IMG/VR virus record: IMGVR_UViG_3300049979_000170
Span: 1 to 64,000 of that record
Direction: 5' to 3' (one strand)
Source: a virus
Lineage: Duplodnaviria > Caudoviricetes
DNA length: 64,000 bases
Within the stretch, counting starts at the first letter, position 1; each line of letters opens with the position of its first letter. This document shows positions 52,440 to 61,441 of the stretch, piece by piece. Both the position numbers and the translations under genes were made by a program. Under the pieces are notes generated by a model. It saw only the letters and a list, made by a program, of their open reading frames with translations. It made no database searches and was not told where the DNA came from.

Positions 52440-52690
52440 GGTGGTTCGTGAAGTTGATCGGAATTCAAGATCAAGCAAGGGATACCATCCCTCACAGGGT
52501 AGGCTCCCCTCCGCGAACCGTCCTACTAAATCACACGCGCGTGTTAGTTCACGCTCTCTTATTCGTCTCCCATGCCAATGGGCGTATACTTTTTCGCGCT
52601 TGGCAAAGCGCACCCTAATCACCACGAATAAGCTTATAGGTTCAGGACACTGAAGCCCCTGGTGAGCCGGACATCTCCGACCTGTTCAAC
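52440..52690. ncRNA. candidate structured RNA
   Basis: at least seven stems by eye, including TTATTCGT/ACGAATAA enclosing two hairpins. Confidence 0.4.
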
Positions 52691-52719
52691 ATAATTGGGT
52701 GATTCAGCTAGCGCAATAT

Positions 52720-52962
52720 TTAAAACCAAGCTACTTTAAAGAATAACGCATCATCTGCATCACCGAAGTGCACTTTGGCGTCGATCGAGGAAAGGTGAAC
52801 GCGATATTTGGGAATCCACTTATGTTCCTGAATCACCTCTAGCCGGGGAACGTAGGTGAGGTTGCTGGCAATCCAAGCCGCGACATCCTCCCGGAACACC
52901 CATTCATCATCGAACAACCTTGCGAGCGCGGGTGTAATATCAAGTGTAGTGGGTTCATTCAT
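52720..52962 (-). CDS. FKMRW-motif small protein (late promoter)
   Basis: VAAWIASNL...FGDADDALFFKVAWF; TAAATA-N5-ATG. Confidence 0.85.
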   Translation of the reverse strand: MNEPTTLDITPALARLFDDEWVFREDVAAWIASNLTYVPRLEVIQEHKWIPKYRVHLSSIDAKVHFGDADDALFFKVAWF

Positions 52963-53067
52963 AAACGTATTTAGTCGATCAAATAATCCTTTAGCTTCAA
53001 AGTAAACACAGCACTTATTGCAATCGAATAAATACTTCGTAGCTCATTATACGGAGTATTTTTAAAT

Positions 53068-53649
53068 ATGACCACGCTCCAGAATTTCGGCGTCCCGCTT
53101 GGCGGTGGCTCCGGCCGTGGCGGCATTCTCATGCCGAAGCCGAAGCACCGCTTCCGCGTCCGCGTCATCAACTTCGGACCCATCGCTGGTGGTCTCGAAC
53201 TGACTCAGCAGGTTGTTAGCGTTTCGCGCCCGACAGTCCAGCAGAGCCCGGTTGAAGTCCATTCGTACAACTCGGTTGCCTACTACGCTGGCAAGCATGC
53301 CTGGAACTCGATCGACCTCACGGTTCGTGACGACGTTACCAACGCGGTTTCCAAGCTTGTTGGTCACCAAGAACAGAAGCAGATGAACCACTTCGAGCAG
53401 ACCTCTGCTCTGGCGGGCTCTAACTACAAGTTCGAAGCTTACATCGAGACGCTTGACGGCGGTAACGACGGAATGCTTGAGCAGTGGTACCTTGAGGGCT
53501 GCTTCCTTGAGCAGATCAACTACGGCGAATTCGACTATTCCACTGCTGACGCGATGACGATCCAGATGACGGTTCGTTACGATAACGCCACGCAGTCTGG
53601 TGGTCTGATGCCGGAGAACCCGGAACTCAAGACCGGACCGATGATCTAA
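53068..53649 (+). CDS. tail tube protein (T4 gp19-like)
   Basis: PKPKHRFRVR...VSRP...YYAGKH.W..I..TVRDD...QWYLEGCF...YGE.DYS...I..TVRYD. Confidence 0.9.
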   Translation: MTTLQNFGVPLGGGSGRGGILMPKPKHRFRVRVINFGPIAGGLELTQQVVSVSRPTVQQSPVEVHSYNSVAYYAGKHAWNSIDLTVRDDVTNAVSKLVGHQEQKQMNHFEQTSALAGSNYKFEAYIETLDGGNDGMLEQWYLEGCFLEQINYGEFDYSTADAMTIQMTVRYDNATQSGGLMPENPELKTGPMI

Positions 53650-53653
53650 TCAC

Positions 53654-55249
53654 ATGTCCAGTGGCATCACATTTGATTCTGGCGACGAGATTCTTCGGTC
53701 GCCGCGTCAGGCGTCGAGCATCTTCGGCCTGGGGGGCGCTCGCCCTCCCCGGCAGAAGAATCTGTTCGTCGTCAACTTTCGTAAGAATGGCGACGCGACG
53801 ACTACTTCTGGATCGAACTCAGCATCAAGTCTTGGCACTGGAACATGGAACAAAGATTTGGGCTTCTTGGTCAAATCGGTTGATCGACCATCGGTCGAGC
53901 CGAAGACCGAGGAGCTTAATCAGTACAACAAGAAAAGAATCATTCATACTGGCTATAAAATTGGCCAGACACGTCTGACTCTTTACGATACCGCCGACTC
54001 TATGGCTATGAGAATGTGGGCAGAATATTCGAAGTATTACTTCGGAGATTTCCGTCATCAAAGCACTACGTCTGGTACCTCGAATACTGACTTTCAGTTC
54101 GACACGGTTCTTCCTGAGTTCAAGGACACCAATAAGGCTGGATTCGGATTTTCACCACAGTCCTCCACCAGCACGGCTGCGACAACCACTTCAGATTACA
54201 CAGTCCCGTATTTCTTTGACTCGATTTCCGTCTATCAGGTTTTCGGAAAGAAATACGTACGGTTCGATCTCGTCAATCCAAAGATTACGTCATTCGATCC
54301 GGACGAACTCGACTACAGCAACTCAGAAGTGGCGTCATTCTCCATGCAGATCGCATGTGAGGCCGTTATCTACCAGAACGATTTTCAGCCACAGGATATC
54401 AGCAGCGACTCCTTCCTCAAGGAAGCGTTCGGCGACATCTCACGCTTCAACGGCGACGTTCACAACTATCCGGGAAACGATTCGACTTCGGCGATCTCCT
54501 ATCCAAGCTCGACCCTGGCCGCGACGGTTTCTCAGCCGGTCTATCAGAATCCAGTGGTCAATGCACCCGTGGAGCTTCAAAGCTACTCATCCTCGATCTC
54601 CAGTGGGTCGTTAAACGCGTATGGGCAGTACAATTTTGGATCGACCTCATCCGGTGGAACTGCCGTACGATCACTTTCCACGGATATAGCACTCTCGGCG
54701 ACCAACAATCCCGCTCTGGCGTCCGTCCTCGGACTGGCAGATCGAACCTCCTATGCGGATTCCAGCGTACGTAGCCTTATTTCCCCGTACGCGGCGCCGA
54801 CGTACATTTCGCAGTCAACCTACGACGACGCATCCGCTGCCGTTGCTGCCCTCAGTGGGCTCGATCAGAACGGTGGCGCCGGTTCGCGTGACCTCATGAA
54901 CGCCCTCACGTATGGCGCGATCTCGGCCGCCCTGGCGACCGGTCTGACCTCGCGCGACCATCTCTACAACCGGAAGCCTCCCATCGAGGTGGAGCCGCCG
55001 AATTCGTGGTCCTCAACCACCTCTCCCGGCATGGCCCTGACGAATGAGGCTTACGGAATCATGAACGCTCAGCGGCCCGCATCATCCCAGATTGGATTCA
55101 ACATGCAGAGCGCGGCTCCATATAGCCCGCCGCAACGGGCGGTCTCTGTGGGCGTTGGCGGCACAAATAGCGGTATTTCGGTGATCGAAGGAGGCTCTTC
55201 CATTCCAGGCTTCGTGAAGCCGTCGCCTTTCATTGGGCCTCTCGGCTGA
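53654..55249 (+). CDS. tail-tube-like baseplate protein (gp54/gp48-like) with an S/T-rich C-terminus
   Basis: LVKSVDRPS...NQYNKKRII..., LVNPKITSF..DELDYS...FSMQIACE. Confidence 0.6.
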   Translation: MSSGITFDSGDEILRSPRQASSIFGLGGARPPRQKNLFVVNFRKNGDATTTSGSNSASSLGTGTWNKDLGFLVKSVDRPSVEPKTEELNQYNKKRIIHTGYKIGQTRLTLYDTADSMAMRMWAEYSKYYFGDFRHQSTTSGTSNTDFQFDTVLPEFKDTNKAGFGFSPQSSTSTAATTTSDYTVPYFFDSISVYQVFGKKYVRFDLVNPKITSFDPDELDYSNSEVASFSMQIACEAVIYQNDFQPQDISSDSFLKEAFGDISRFNGDVHNYPGNDSTSAISYPSSTLAATVSQPVYQNPVVNAPVELQSYSSSISSGSLNAYGQYNFGSTSSGGTAVRSLSTDIALSATNNPALASVLGLADRTSYADSSVRSLISPYAAPTYISQSTYDDASAAVAALSGLDQNGGAGSRDLMNALTYGAISAALATGLTSRDHLYNRKPPIEVEPPNSWSSTTSPGMALTNEAYGIMNAQRPASSQIGFNMQSAAPYSPPQRAVSVGVGGTNSGISVIEGGSSIPGFVKPSPFIGPLG

Positions 55250-55716
55250 TGGGAAATTTCAAAACCGCCAAAGACTTCTTCATCCCGAAGAATCCGAGCA
55301 AATACATCGGCAAGCACCCGATCATGTATCGCTCTGGTTGGGAACTCACCATGATGATGTGGCTGGACAAGCACCCGTTCGTGCTCCAGTGGGCATCCGA
55401 GTCCACGCAGATTCAGTACAAGAATCCGCTCACCAATCGCTGGTCCATCTACATTCCCGACTTCGTCATCATATACGCGGACGGTTCAGGAAATGGAAAC
55501 ACCCATTGCGAGATGGTCGAAGTTAAGCCGAAGAAGGAATGCCCCGGTCATCAGCCTGTCTCCAAGCGGACCGGTCGGAATCTCAAAGTCTCCCAGGAAA
55601 CCCGCATGGCACAGGCGGTAAACCAAGCAAAATGGGAAGCTGCTCTCCAGTATTGTCAAAAGATGGGCTGGAAGTTTCGTGTCATCACGGAAGAAAGTTT
55701 GTATAACTATAAGTAA
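55249..55716 (+). CDS. head completion nuclease (T4 gp4-like)
   Basis: F.PKNPSKY.G...YRS.WE...W.D..P.VLQWASE...Y..P...YIPDF...EVKP. Confidence 0.9.
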   Translation: MGNFKTAKDFFIPKNPSKYIGKHPIMYRSGWELTMMMWLDKHPFVLQWASESTQIQYKNPLTNRWSIYIPDFVIIYADGSGNGNTHCEMVEVKPKKECPGHQPVSKRTGRNLKVSQETRMAQAVNQAKWEAALQYCQKMGWKFRVITEESLYNYK

Positions 55717-56231
55717 TGACTATTCATTTGGATAACGCGTTCGGCCTTCCTCACCTTGATGATCTCATGAAGGATGAAGGAGTCGTTCCGACGCAACCTT
55801 CGGAGGCCGTGGTCACGGACGCCGATGCGAATCAGATTGTGGCGGGCCTGACCGCTGCGCAGAACAATGCGGTTGCCGTTTCAGGCGTAGATACGGCCGA
55901 TCACGGTCGGTCCATGGACCTTCTCTACGATGAGACCCTGGACTATGCCCAGAAGGTCATGGACCTCGGATTCAACATCGACCCGGCTCGCGCGCCCCGC
56001 ATGTTCGAAGTCGCCACTGGTCTGTACAAGGCCGCGATGGATGCGAAGAATTCCAAGATGGACGCCCAGCTTAAGGCGCAGCAGTTGATGCTCAATCGCG
56101 CCAAATTCGAGCACGAGAAGAACGGCTCTCAGGGCGAATCTGGCGGCGAGGCGATCGAAACCCGTGGGGTGATGGTCGAGGACCGCAACGAGCTTCTGAA
56201 GCGCCTACGCGCCCAGATGAAGGGCGACTGA
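55716..56231 (+). CDS. probable terminase small subunit
   Basis: APRMFEVA..L.KAA..AK...; C-terminal DRNELLKRL; follows gp4. Confidence 0.5.
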   Translation: MTIHLDNAFGLPHLDDLMKDEGVVPTQPSEAVVTDADANQIVAGLTAAQNNAVAVSGVDTADHGRSMDLLYDETLDYAQKVMDLGFNIDPARAPRMFEVATGLYKAAMDAKNSKMDAQLKAQQLMLNRAKFEHEKNGSQGESGGEAIETRGVMVEDRNELLKRLRAQMKGD

Positions 56232-56251
56232 GATGCGCGCTGAAATGTAAA

Positions 56252-56275
56252 AAGCCCGACGTGCACGCCGGGCTT
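56252..56275. terminator. bidirectional terminator-like hairpin
   Basis: AAGCCCG...CGGGCTT between convergent genes. Confidence 0.55.
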
Positions 56276-56392
56276 CTCTGTCGAACCGTACCAGTACATC
56301 CGTGGCCAACGATTCGCTCTGATGGTGACTTAATCCAGCGTTGGGGCGCCTGTCAATATCTATTTATCAAAAATCGCAAAAAAAGGTGCGTT

Positions 56393-56626
56393 TTAACACC
56401 AGCGCATTCGAAACGCGGTTGCGTAGGTCGGGTGGATGATCAGGATGGATGAAAGGCAAGCCGAGCTAGACCGATTGATCGTCAAGTAGCAAAACGGTAC
56501 ATTCTCTTCCGCCCAGGTTCGGGCGGCCTCCCATACGCCTTCTCCATTTCGCCATGTTTCTTCATCGATAATTCTTGGTCTGAACCAGTATTCTCCGTTC
56601 CGTGGCGGAGCCATCTCGAATCCCAT
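56393..56626 (-). CDS. FKMRW-motif small protein
   Basis: ARTWAEEN...IHPTYATAFRMRWC. Confidence 0.8.
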   Translation of the reverse strand: MGFEMAPPRNGEYWFRPRIIDEETWRNGEGVWEAARTWAEENVPFCYLTINRSSSACLSSILIIHPTYATAFRMRWC

Positions 56627-56889
56627 TAGCACCACCGCATTTTGAACTCGAACCCGAACGTCGAGTCTTCAAAATAGAAAACCCCCATCTTGGAATAGTC
56701 CCACGGCTTCGTAACCCCGCTCGGGCCGAACCGCTCCTCGCACCACGCGACGATTTCCTCGACGAACGGCGCGAACTGAGACCGCTGCCCTGGATGGTTC
56801 GACATGGTCTCGCTGAAGCTGGCACGAAACAGCCACATGCCCTCACAGGGGGTATTCTGCTCGATCTCGAAAGTGAAAGGCTGATCCAT
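56626..56889 (-). CDS. FKMRW-motif small protein
   Basis: IVAWCEERFG...FEDSTFGFEFKMRWC. Confidence 0.85.
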   Translation of the reverse strand: MDQPFTFEIEQNTPCEGMWLFRASFSETMSNHPGQRSQFAPFVEEIVAWCEERFGPSGVTKPWDYSKMGVFYFEDSTFGFEFKMRWC

Positions 56890-57290
56890 CAGTCCACCTT
56901 CCCGGAAATTTTTTGGGCGACCCACATCGCAGGGAAGTCCTTGGAGAGCATCGTAACCTTCTGGTTAACGACAACTGTTCGACCGGTCCGACTGCGGATG
57001 GTAAGCGGCGAGAGCGTGAACATATCAAACGCCTCGATGAGATCGCGTGCCGACCAGATCGTATCGTCCGGGACCTTCCATTCCATAGAGGCGGTCCAGC
57101 CATGGCAGAGGTCTTTCGAACCCCGATCGTACCATGTATTGTCAATCTCACCATCTGGTCCCACCGGAATCGTCTCGGACCGGAGAATGTTCGAAAAGAC
57201 CACACTGGACATCGGAGTATTCTGGACCAGCCACGCAGCGATGCCGCTGAATGAGCACTGCCTACGAAGAGAGTCCCCAAGGTCTTCCAT
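56889..57290 (-). CDS. hypothetical protein
   Basis: TGATG-coupled. Confidence 0.65.
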   Translation of the reverse strand: MEDLGDSLRRQCSFSGIAAWLVQNTPMSSVVFSNILRSETIPVGPDGEIDNTWYDRGSKDLCHGWTASMEWKVPDDTIWSARDLIEAFDMFTLSPLTIRSRTGRTVVVNQKVTMLSKDFPAMWVAQKISGKVD

Positions 57291-57392
57291 GAACGCTCCA
57301 TAAAATGGTAGAATCAATCCTATGAGTTTGCCACAGAACGATTTTCGGTCTACTAAAATCTGACTCCAACCCTACGGCATAGTTAACGCGTC

Positions 57393-57656
57393 ATGACGAG
57401 CACGAACCCCGACCGCGAAGTCACCCCCGACATCGCCATGCCGATCGTCTCCAAGCTGATCGACGAGGCAATCGGAATTCTGCGCCAGAACCCCTCGGCT
57501 GATCCGAACGTGCATCAGCAGGTGATCACGCGTGTCCTGGGTCAGTACAACGACACCCAGGGGCATTATCACGCCGAGATCGCTCACCTCGAAGTCGGAG
57601 AGACCGATGGCCAGTTCAACCTGGGGGTCGCCCTGAGCCACCGGTACCTGCATTAA
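57393..57656 (+). CDS. hypothetical protein
   Basis: 87 aa, GC3-rich codons. Confidence 0.65.
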   Translation: MTSTNPDREVTPDIAMPIVSKLIDEAIGILRQNPSADPNVHQQVITRVLGQYNDTQGHYHAEIAHLEVGETDGQFNLGVALSHRYLH

Positions 57657-57946
57657 TCAAAATTATCGACGGCCATCACAAACTTAACTTTCTCGGGCGG
57701 GATTTTAATTCCTTCGTGGAACAAGATGATCGCCGAGACTGCTTCTCGTAGAAATCCGTCGCGCTCGTCATCCGTAAATATACCGTCGCCCCGAGGTGAG
57801 GCTGCAAACATCTCGATTCCTCTTGAGTCAGGGCAATTTACCCGGAAATGGCCATGTCGGAGACGAAGGTATCCGACCTGCTCCCCGTTCCTGTACGCGT
57901 CGTACTGCTCCGGGCAGGCGCCGCAGGTCATGACGAGCTTGATCAT
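57653..57946 (-). CDS. hypothetical phage protein
   Basis: TCGACPEQYDAY...VGYLRLRHG.F; ATGA-coupled. Confidence 0.75.
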   Translation of the reverse strand: MIKLVMTCGACPEQYDAYRNGEQVGYLRLRHGHFRVNCPDSRGIEMFAASPRGDGIFTDDERDGFLREAVSAIILFHEGIKIPPEKVKFVMAVDNFD

Positions 57947-58203
57947 CGGCTGAACCCCTCGCAGTAATGGCGCTGTTGCAGGTTGGTGATCGAGGCGCAC
58001 TCGCCCGGTCGGCCTGTCTGGGCACCACAGATTCTACGCTTCGTCGGGTCCTGAATCGACGCGCAGTAGCCGGGCTTTCCCTCGTCGCGCGCGCGGCAGA
58101 GCCAGCGATCGTCCGTGTCCCGAATGAGCGCGCACGACGACGGTTGGGCATGGGCGGCGCTAGCGGCGACGAGCACACCCAGGGCGAGGATCACGCGAAT
58201 CAT
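57943..58203 (-). CDS. secreted Cys-rich repeat protein
   Basis: signal peptide (ASAAHA); three C-x2-I-x7-C repeats. Confidence 0.75.
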   Translation of the reverse strand: MIRVILALGVLVAASAAHAQPSSCALIRDTDDRWLCRARDEGKPGYCASIQDPTKRRICGAQTGRPGECASITNLQQRHYCEGFSR

Positions 58204-58355
58204 TCGCGGAACGCCGTGAGTGACGCGCCGAAAAAGAAGAATCCAGCGCCCCTCAGATTGGGGTCATCGAACGCGTTTCCAGCCCCATAGAAGAGGACCC
58301 CCACCCCGAGGATAAACAGAAACGTCTTGATCGACGGATCGAGTAATTTTGTCAT
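58200..58355 (-). CDS. 51-aa membrane protein
   Basis: two hydrophobic segments, ATGA-coupled at both ends. Confidence 0.6.
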   Translation of the reverse strand: MTKLLDPSIKTFLFILGVGVLFYGAGNAFDDPNLRGAGFFFFGASLTAFRE

Positions 58356-58693
58356 TCCGAAGCTCCCCGGCGGGCAAATTCCCGCTCCGCTATGATGGAC
58401 GAGTAGTGGCGAGTTTCCCCGGTCGGACCGCGCACGATGAACGGCTGAGGGTCCATCGCTGACGTATAAACTAAGGTAACCTCACCCTTCCGGGCGAGGA
58501 CCCCTCCGTTCTTCTGGTGACACACCCACTGGAGAACCGCGTTGGCCTTGTCAGTGGCTTCCTTTTCCGCCTTCACGGGTTCGGCCCAGCCGCTGCGGGC
58601 GGTAAAGTCGCTGACCAACTGGCGGTAATGGGACTGGAAGTATTTGGCGTCAGGATTCACAGCGGGGTCAAGCAACTTCTGGATCGTCCACAT
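58352..58693 (-). CDS. hypothetical protein
   Basis: 113 aa, abuts its neighbours. Confidence 0.7.
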   Translation of the reverse strand: MWTIQKLLDPAVNPDAKYFQSHYRQLVSDFTARSGWAEPVKAEKEATDKANAVLQWVCHQKNGGVLARKGEVTLVYTSAMDPQPFIVRGPTGETRHYSSIIAEREFARRGASE

Positions 58694-59002
58694 TTATTTG
58701 AATCCACTGTTCTCGGCCACGTTGAGACTGAGCTTGAGCAGCATCATATCGATCTCGAACGCTTCGCAATCGCCCATGACATATGCGCGCGTAGCGGTAC
58801 CGGGCTCGTACTTGACCGGGCAGTCACATGACCAGCCCTCGCCTTTGAACCGGACCTTCTGGTTCATCGGTAGCATCGTAAACCGCTTACCGCTCATCTC
58901 GATCTGCGCTCCATCACCACCGCCCTCCTTGGCCGCGACAATTGCGGCCTGGAGCGCCTTGAGAGTACGAACATCGGGGCGCTTCAGTTCACGAGGCTGC
59001 AT
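58694..59002 (-). CDS. hypothetical protein
   Basis: AAGGAG RBS. Confidence 0.7.
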   Translation of the reverse strand: MQPRELKRPDVRTLKALQAAIVAAKEGGGDGAQIEMSGKRFTMLPMNQKVRFKGEGWSCDCPVKYEPGTATRAYVMGDCEAFEIDMMLLKLSLNVAENSGFK

Positions 59003-59073
59003 AGGTGTAAACTCCTTCTATTACCATCATAATACGCTATTTCGAAAGTACGTCAACCGGTATCCTTAGATGG

Positions 59074-59081
59074 TATAAATA
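59074..59081 (+). promoter_or_regulatory. T4-type late promoter
   Basis: perfect TATAAATA upstream of 59112. Confidence 0.75.
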
Positions 59082-59111
59082 CAGTTAATTCACTTACCGC
59101 ACGGGGATCAG

Positions 59112-59864
59112 ATGGACATCCGCCACTATATTTCGCAGGTCGAGAAGACTTATAACTACCGCATCAAGACTGTTGTCCCATTGAACGATGATTCGATGGG
59201 TCGAATCGAGCGGGTTATTCTAAAGTACCAGCCACAGAATCTTTCCGACCCCCGCCGCACGATGTTCCAGAAGAATCCACTGGATTTCCCGACTGTTCCG
59301 GGAGCCGAAGTGTACATCGTGGATGTCGAACTCGGGCTTCCTGCGTCATCGTTCAACCTCGCCCGCGAGATCAAGGACGCTCTCGGTATTCCGGACAAGT
59401 TCGTAGTCGTCCGTGGCGAGAACGACCCGACCGAGCTTGAGACCCAGGCGCTGGTGACCAAGGCCGAAATGGACGAAGTTGCCGAGAAGGCAGGAATGGT
59501 TCCGGGCGCGCTGCTCGACCACCCGACTTACGACGAGTCCGACATGAAAGACGGCGCCGAGTTCTACGGCGACACCTACAACAAGCGCTTCCTCGGATAC
59601 CTGTCCAAGGTCGAGGGCGAGCGTAAGGAGAAGACCAAGCGTGATCCGGTCAACGCACCGTTCGGCTGGCTCGAAACGCCGAAGTCCGACGTTCCGCAGG
59701 ACGATGGTCCGACCATTGGTACCGAGCAGGGCACGCAGAGCGACGTGATCTCCGGAAAGGGCAATATCGACGGCGACAAGCGTTCGTACAGCCGCGTCTA
59801 CCAGAAGCAGGGCAAGACCTTCGTCAAGACCGACGCAGGCGACCCGATTCGAAAGGGAAAGTAA
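59112..59864 (+). CDS. late, probably virion-associated protein
   Basis: late promoter; acidic C-terminal half. Confidence 0.7.
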   Translation: MDIRHYISQVEKTYNYRIKTVVPLNDDSMGRIERVILKYQPQNLSDPRRTMFQKNPLDFPTVPGAEVYIVDVELGLPASSFNLAREIKDALGIPDKFVVVRGENDPTELETQALVTKAEMDEVAEKAGMVPGALLDHPTYDESDMKDGAEFYGDTYNKRFLGYLSKVEGERKEKTKRDPVNAPFGWLETPKSDVPQDDGPTIGTEQGTQSDVISGKGNIDGDKRSYSRVYQKQGKTFVKTDAGDPIRKGK

Positions 59865-60512
59865 GTGTCTGACCTGATCTCGCAGCTTCACAAAATGGTT
59901 TCAAAGGTTATTTCGGACGAGAATCTGATCGGTGGCGTTCGCCTCAGCCAGAGTGGTTGTGAGAAGGTCGCCAATCGCCTTGGTATCTCGGCGGGCGAAG
60001 TGAATTCGCTCCTGCAAAGTCTTGCCGGACGACTACGAGACGATCGCGTAGTCGAAACTGAGATGACCGAAGCCCTAGGATCGAACGAGCGCTTCAGCTT
60101 TGAGCGGGACCTCATGAAAAACGTGATGGTGCGCGATAATCGGACGGGTAAATCGGCTTTCCTACGTGGATCAGAGGCGGCGGCGCTTCTGAATAAGCTC
60201 TCGGCAGGTGCAGACGAGCAGGCCGTGCTCAGCGCATACGCGCCGCTGATGGAAGGTCGCAAGACAATCGTCGATGAGGACGAGGATTCTTTTCATAACG
60301 AAATTCACTCCTCCCATGGTGCGTATAACTTCCCCTGGCGAGTCGGTGATCTGCGTGGCCATGCAACGGCGCGCTTCAAGGGACGCGGACCTCAAATGAG
60401 CGTCAGCCTGTTGTCGGTTCGTGACGATGATGGTGAAGAGATTGAAAACGTGAACGAGCAACTGAAGCAGGCCATTCAAGAAAGAGCCGTGGCGTTCATC
60501 GGGCAGGAATAA
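59865..60512 (+). CDS. late hypothetical protein
   Basis: abuts the previous gene. Confidence 0.7.
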   Translation: MSDLISQLHKMVSKVISDENLIGGVRLSQSGCEKVANRLGISAGEVNSLLQSLAGRLRDDRVVETEMTEALGSNERFSFERDLMKNVMVRDNRTGKSAFLRGSEAAALLNKLSAGADEQAVLSAYAPLMEGRKTIVDEDEDSFHNEIHSSHGAYNFPWRVGDLRGHATARFKGRGPQMSVSLLSVRDDDGEEIENVNEQLKQAIQERAVAFIGQE

Positions 60513-60556
60513 CGCTCTTCTTGACAAACGCTCGAATCCGGTCATAGGGTTGGCGC

Positions 60557-60787
60557 ATGTTTTGGGAAAACCCTAAAGAGAAGCTGGCGGCCCTGAAGGA
60601 TTTGGCTACTGCCAATCCCTCACTGCCGTGGCAACGGATACACGAGGTCATGGAATCCAGATTCCGTGAGCCCTATAAGATTGAGGTGCTTCAACGTATC
60701 GCGCACACTTACGGGTATCGGCCCCGAGAAGTGACAAGGCGATATGGGTCGCGAAAGCGACAAGACACTCAATCGGTCAACCAATAG
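60557..60787 (+). CDS. small hypothetical protein
   Basis: TTGACA-containing promoter-like element upstream; terminator downstream. Confidence 0.6.
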   Translation: MFWENPKEKLAALKDLATANPSLPWQRIHEVMESRFREPYKIEVLQRIAHTYGYRPREVTRRYGSRKRQDTQSVNQ

Positions 60788-60789
60788 AA

Positions 60790-60815
60790 AAGGGCGCGGA
60801 TTACTCCGCGCCCTT
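60790..60815. terminator. bidirectional terminator-like hairpin
   Basis: AGGGCGCGG-ATTACT-CCGCGCCCT. Confidence 0.65.
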
Positions 60816-60839
60816 CTTCATATCGGGTATTTGGGACGA

Positions 60840-61079
60840 TCAGGTGTTAGAGGACTGCTGCCCCTGACCCGACTGGTTGCCCTGGTTGCCAGCGCCTTGT
60901 CCGGACTGGTTGCCCGACTGATTCCCTGATTGGTTGCCCTGCTGTCCGGACTGCTGTCCTTCGGTGCCGGTCTGCGTACCGGTCTGACCCGACTGTCCTG
61001 ACTTCTGGCCTGACTGATTCCCCGTCTGGCCCTGCTGATTCTGGTTCTTCTGGTCCATATTGCCTGTAGACTGGCTCAT
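60840..61079 (-). CDS. Q/G/S/N-rich disordered hydrophilin-like protein
   Basis: repeats of GNQS/GQQS; AGGAG RBS. Confidence 0.75.
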   Translation of the reverse strand: MSQSTGNMDQKNQNQQGQTGNQSGQKSGQSGQTGTQTGTEGQQSGQQGNQSGNQSGNQSGQGAGNQGNQSGQGQQSSNT

Positions 61080-61441
61080 GTGAAGGTCTCCTGAATCTAG
61101 TCCAACCAAATCGTTGGACACGGCGCTAAGTTAGACAACACAAGAGATGACGCAAGCCCATCTTTACGTTAAAATTTTGGGAACGAATCGTCGAATACCA
61201 TGATTGCGCCCATACTGGAGATACCCATGACGGCGATGCGAACCCTTGATCTCGCTGATATTACAGCGACGTTCGACCAAATGCTGGATGATCTCGATTG
61301 TCTGAATCTGGACGCGCGGTCACGGCGACACCCACACGCGACCGAAACCCCGCGCAGTTCTCGGGCCGAACCCGAGATGGAAATTGGCGTCGGAACCTCG
61401 CGCGTCCGCCGCCTTCCCACACAGGAAGCCTCACAGGCCCA

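Noticed and set aside
321-57303. Long shadow ORFs (e.g. 321-728 part of 321-893, 2542-2940, 4001-4636, 13419-14039, 29159-29776, 32172-32942, 40525-41127, 45840-46649, 56602-57303)
   Set aside because: They lie antisense to well-supported coupled genes in GC-rich DNA and have no RBS or recognisable motifs.
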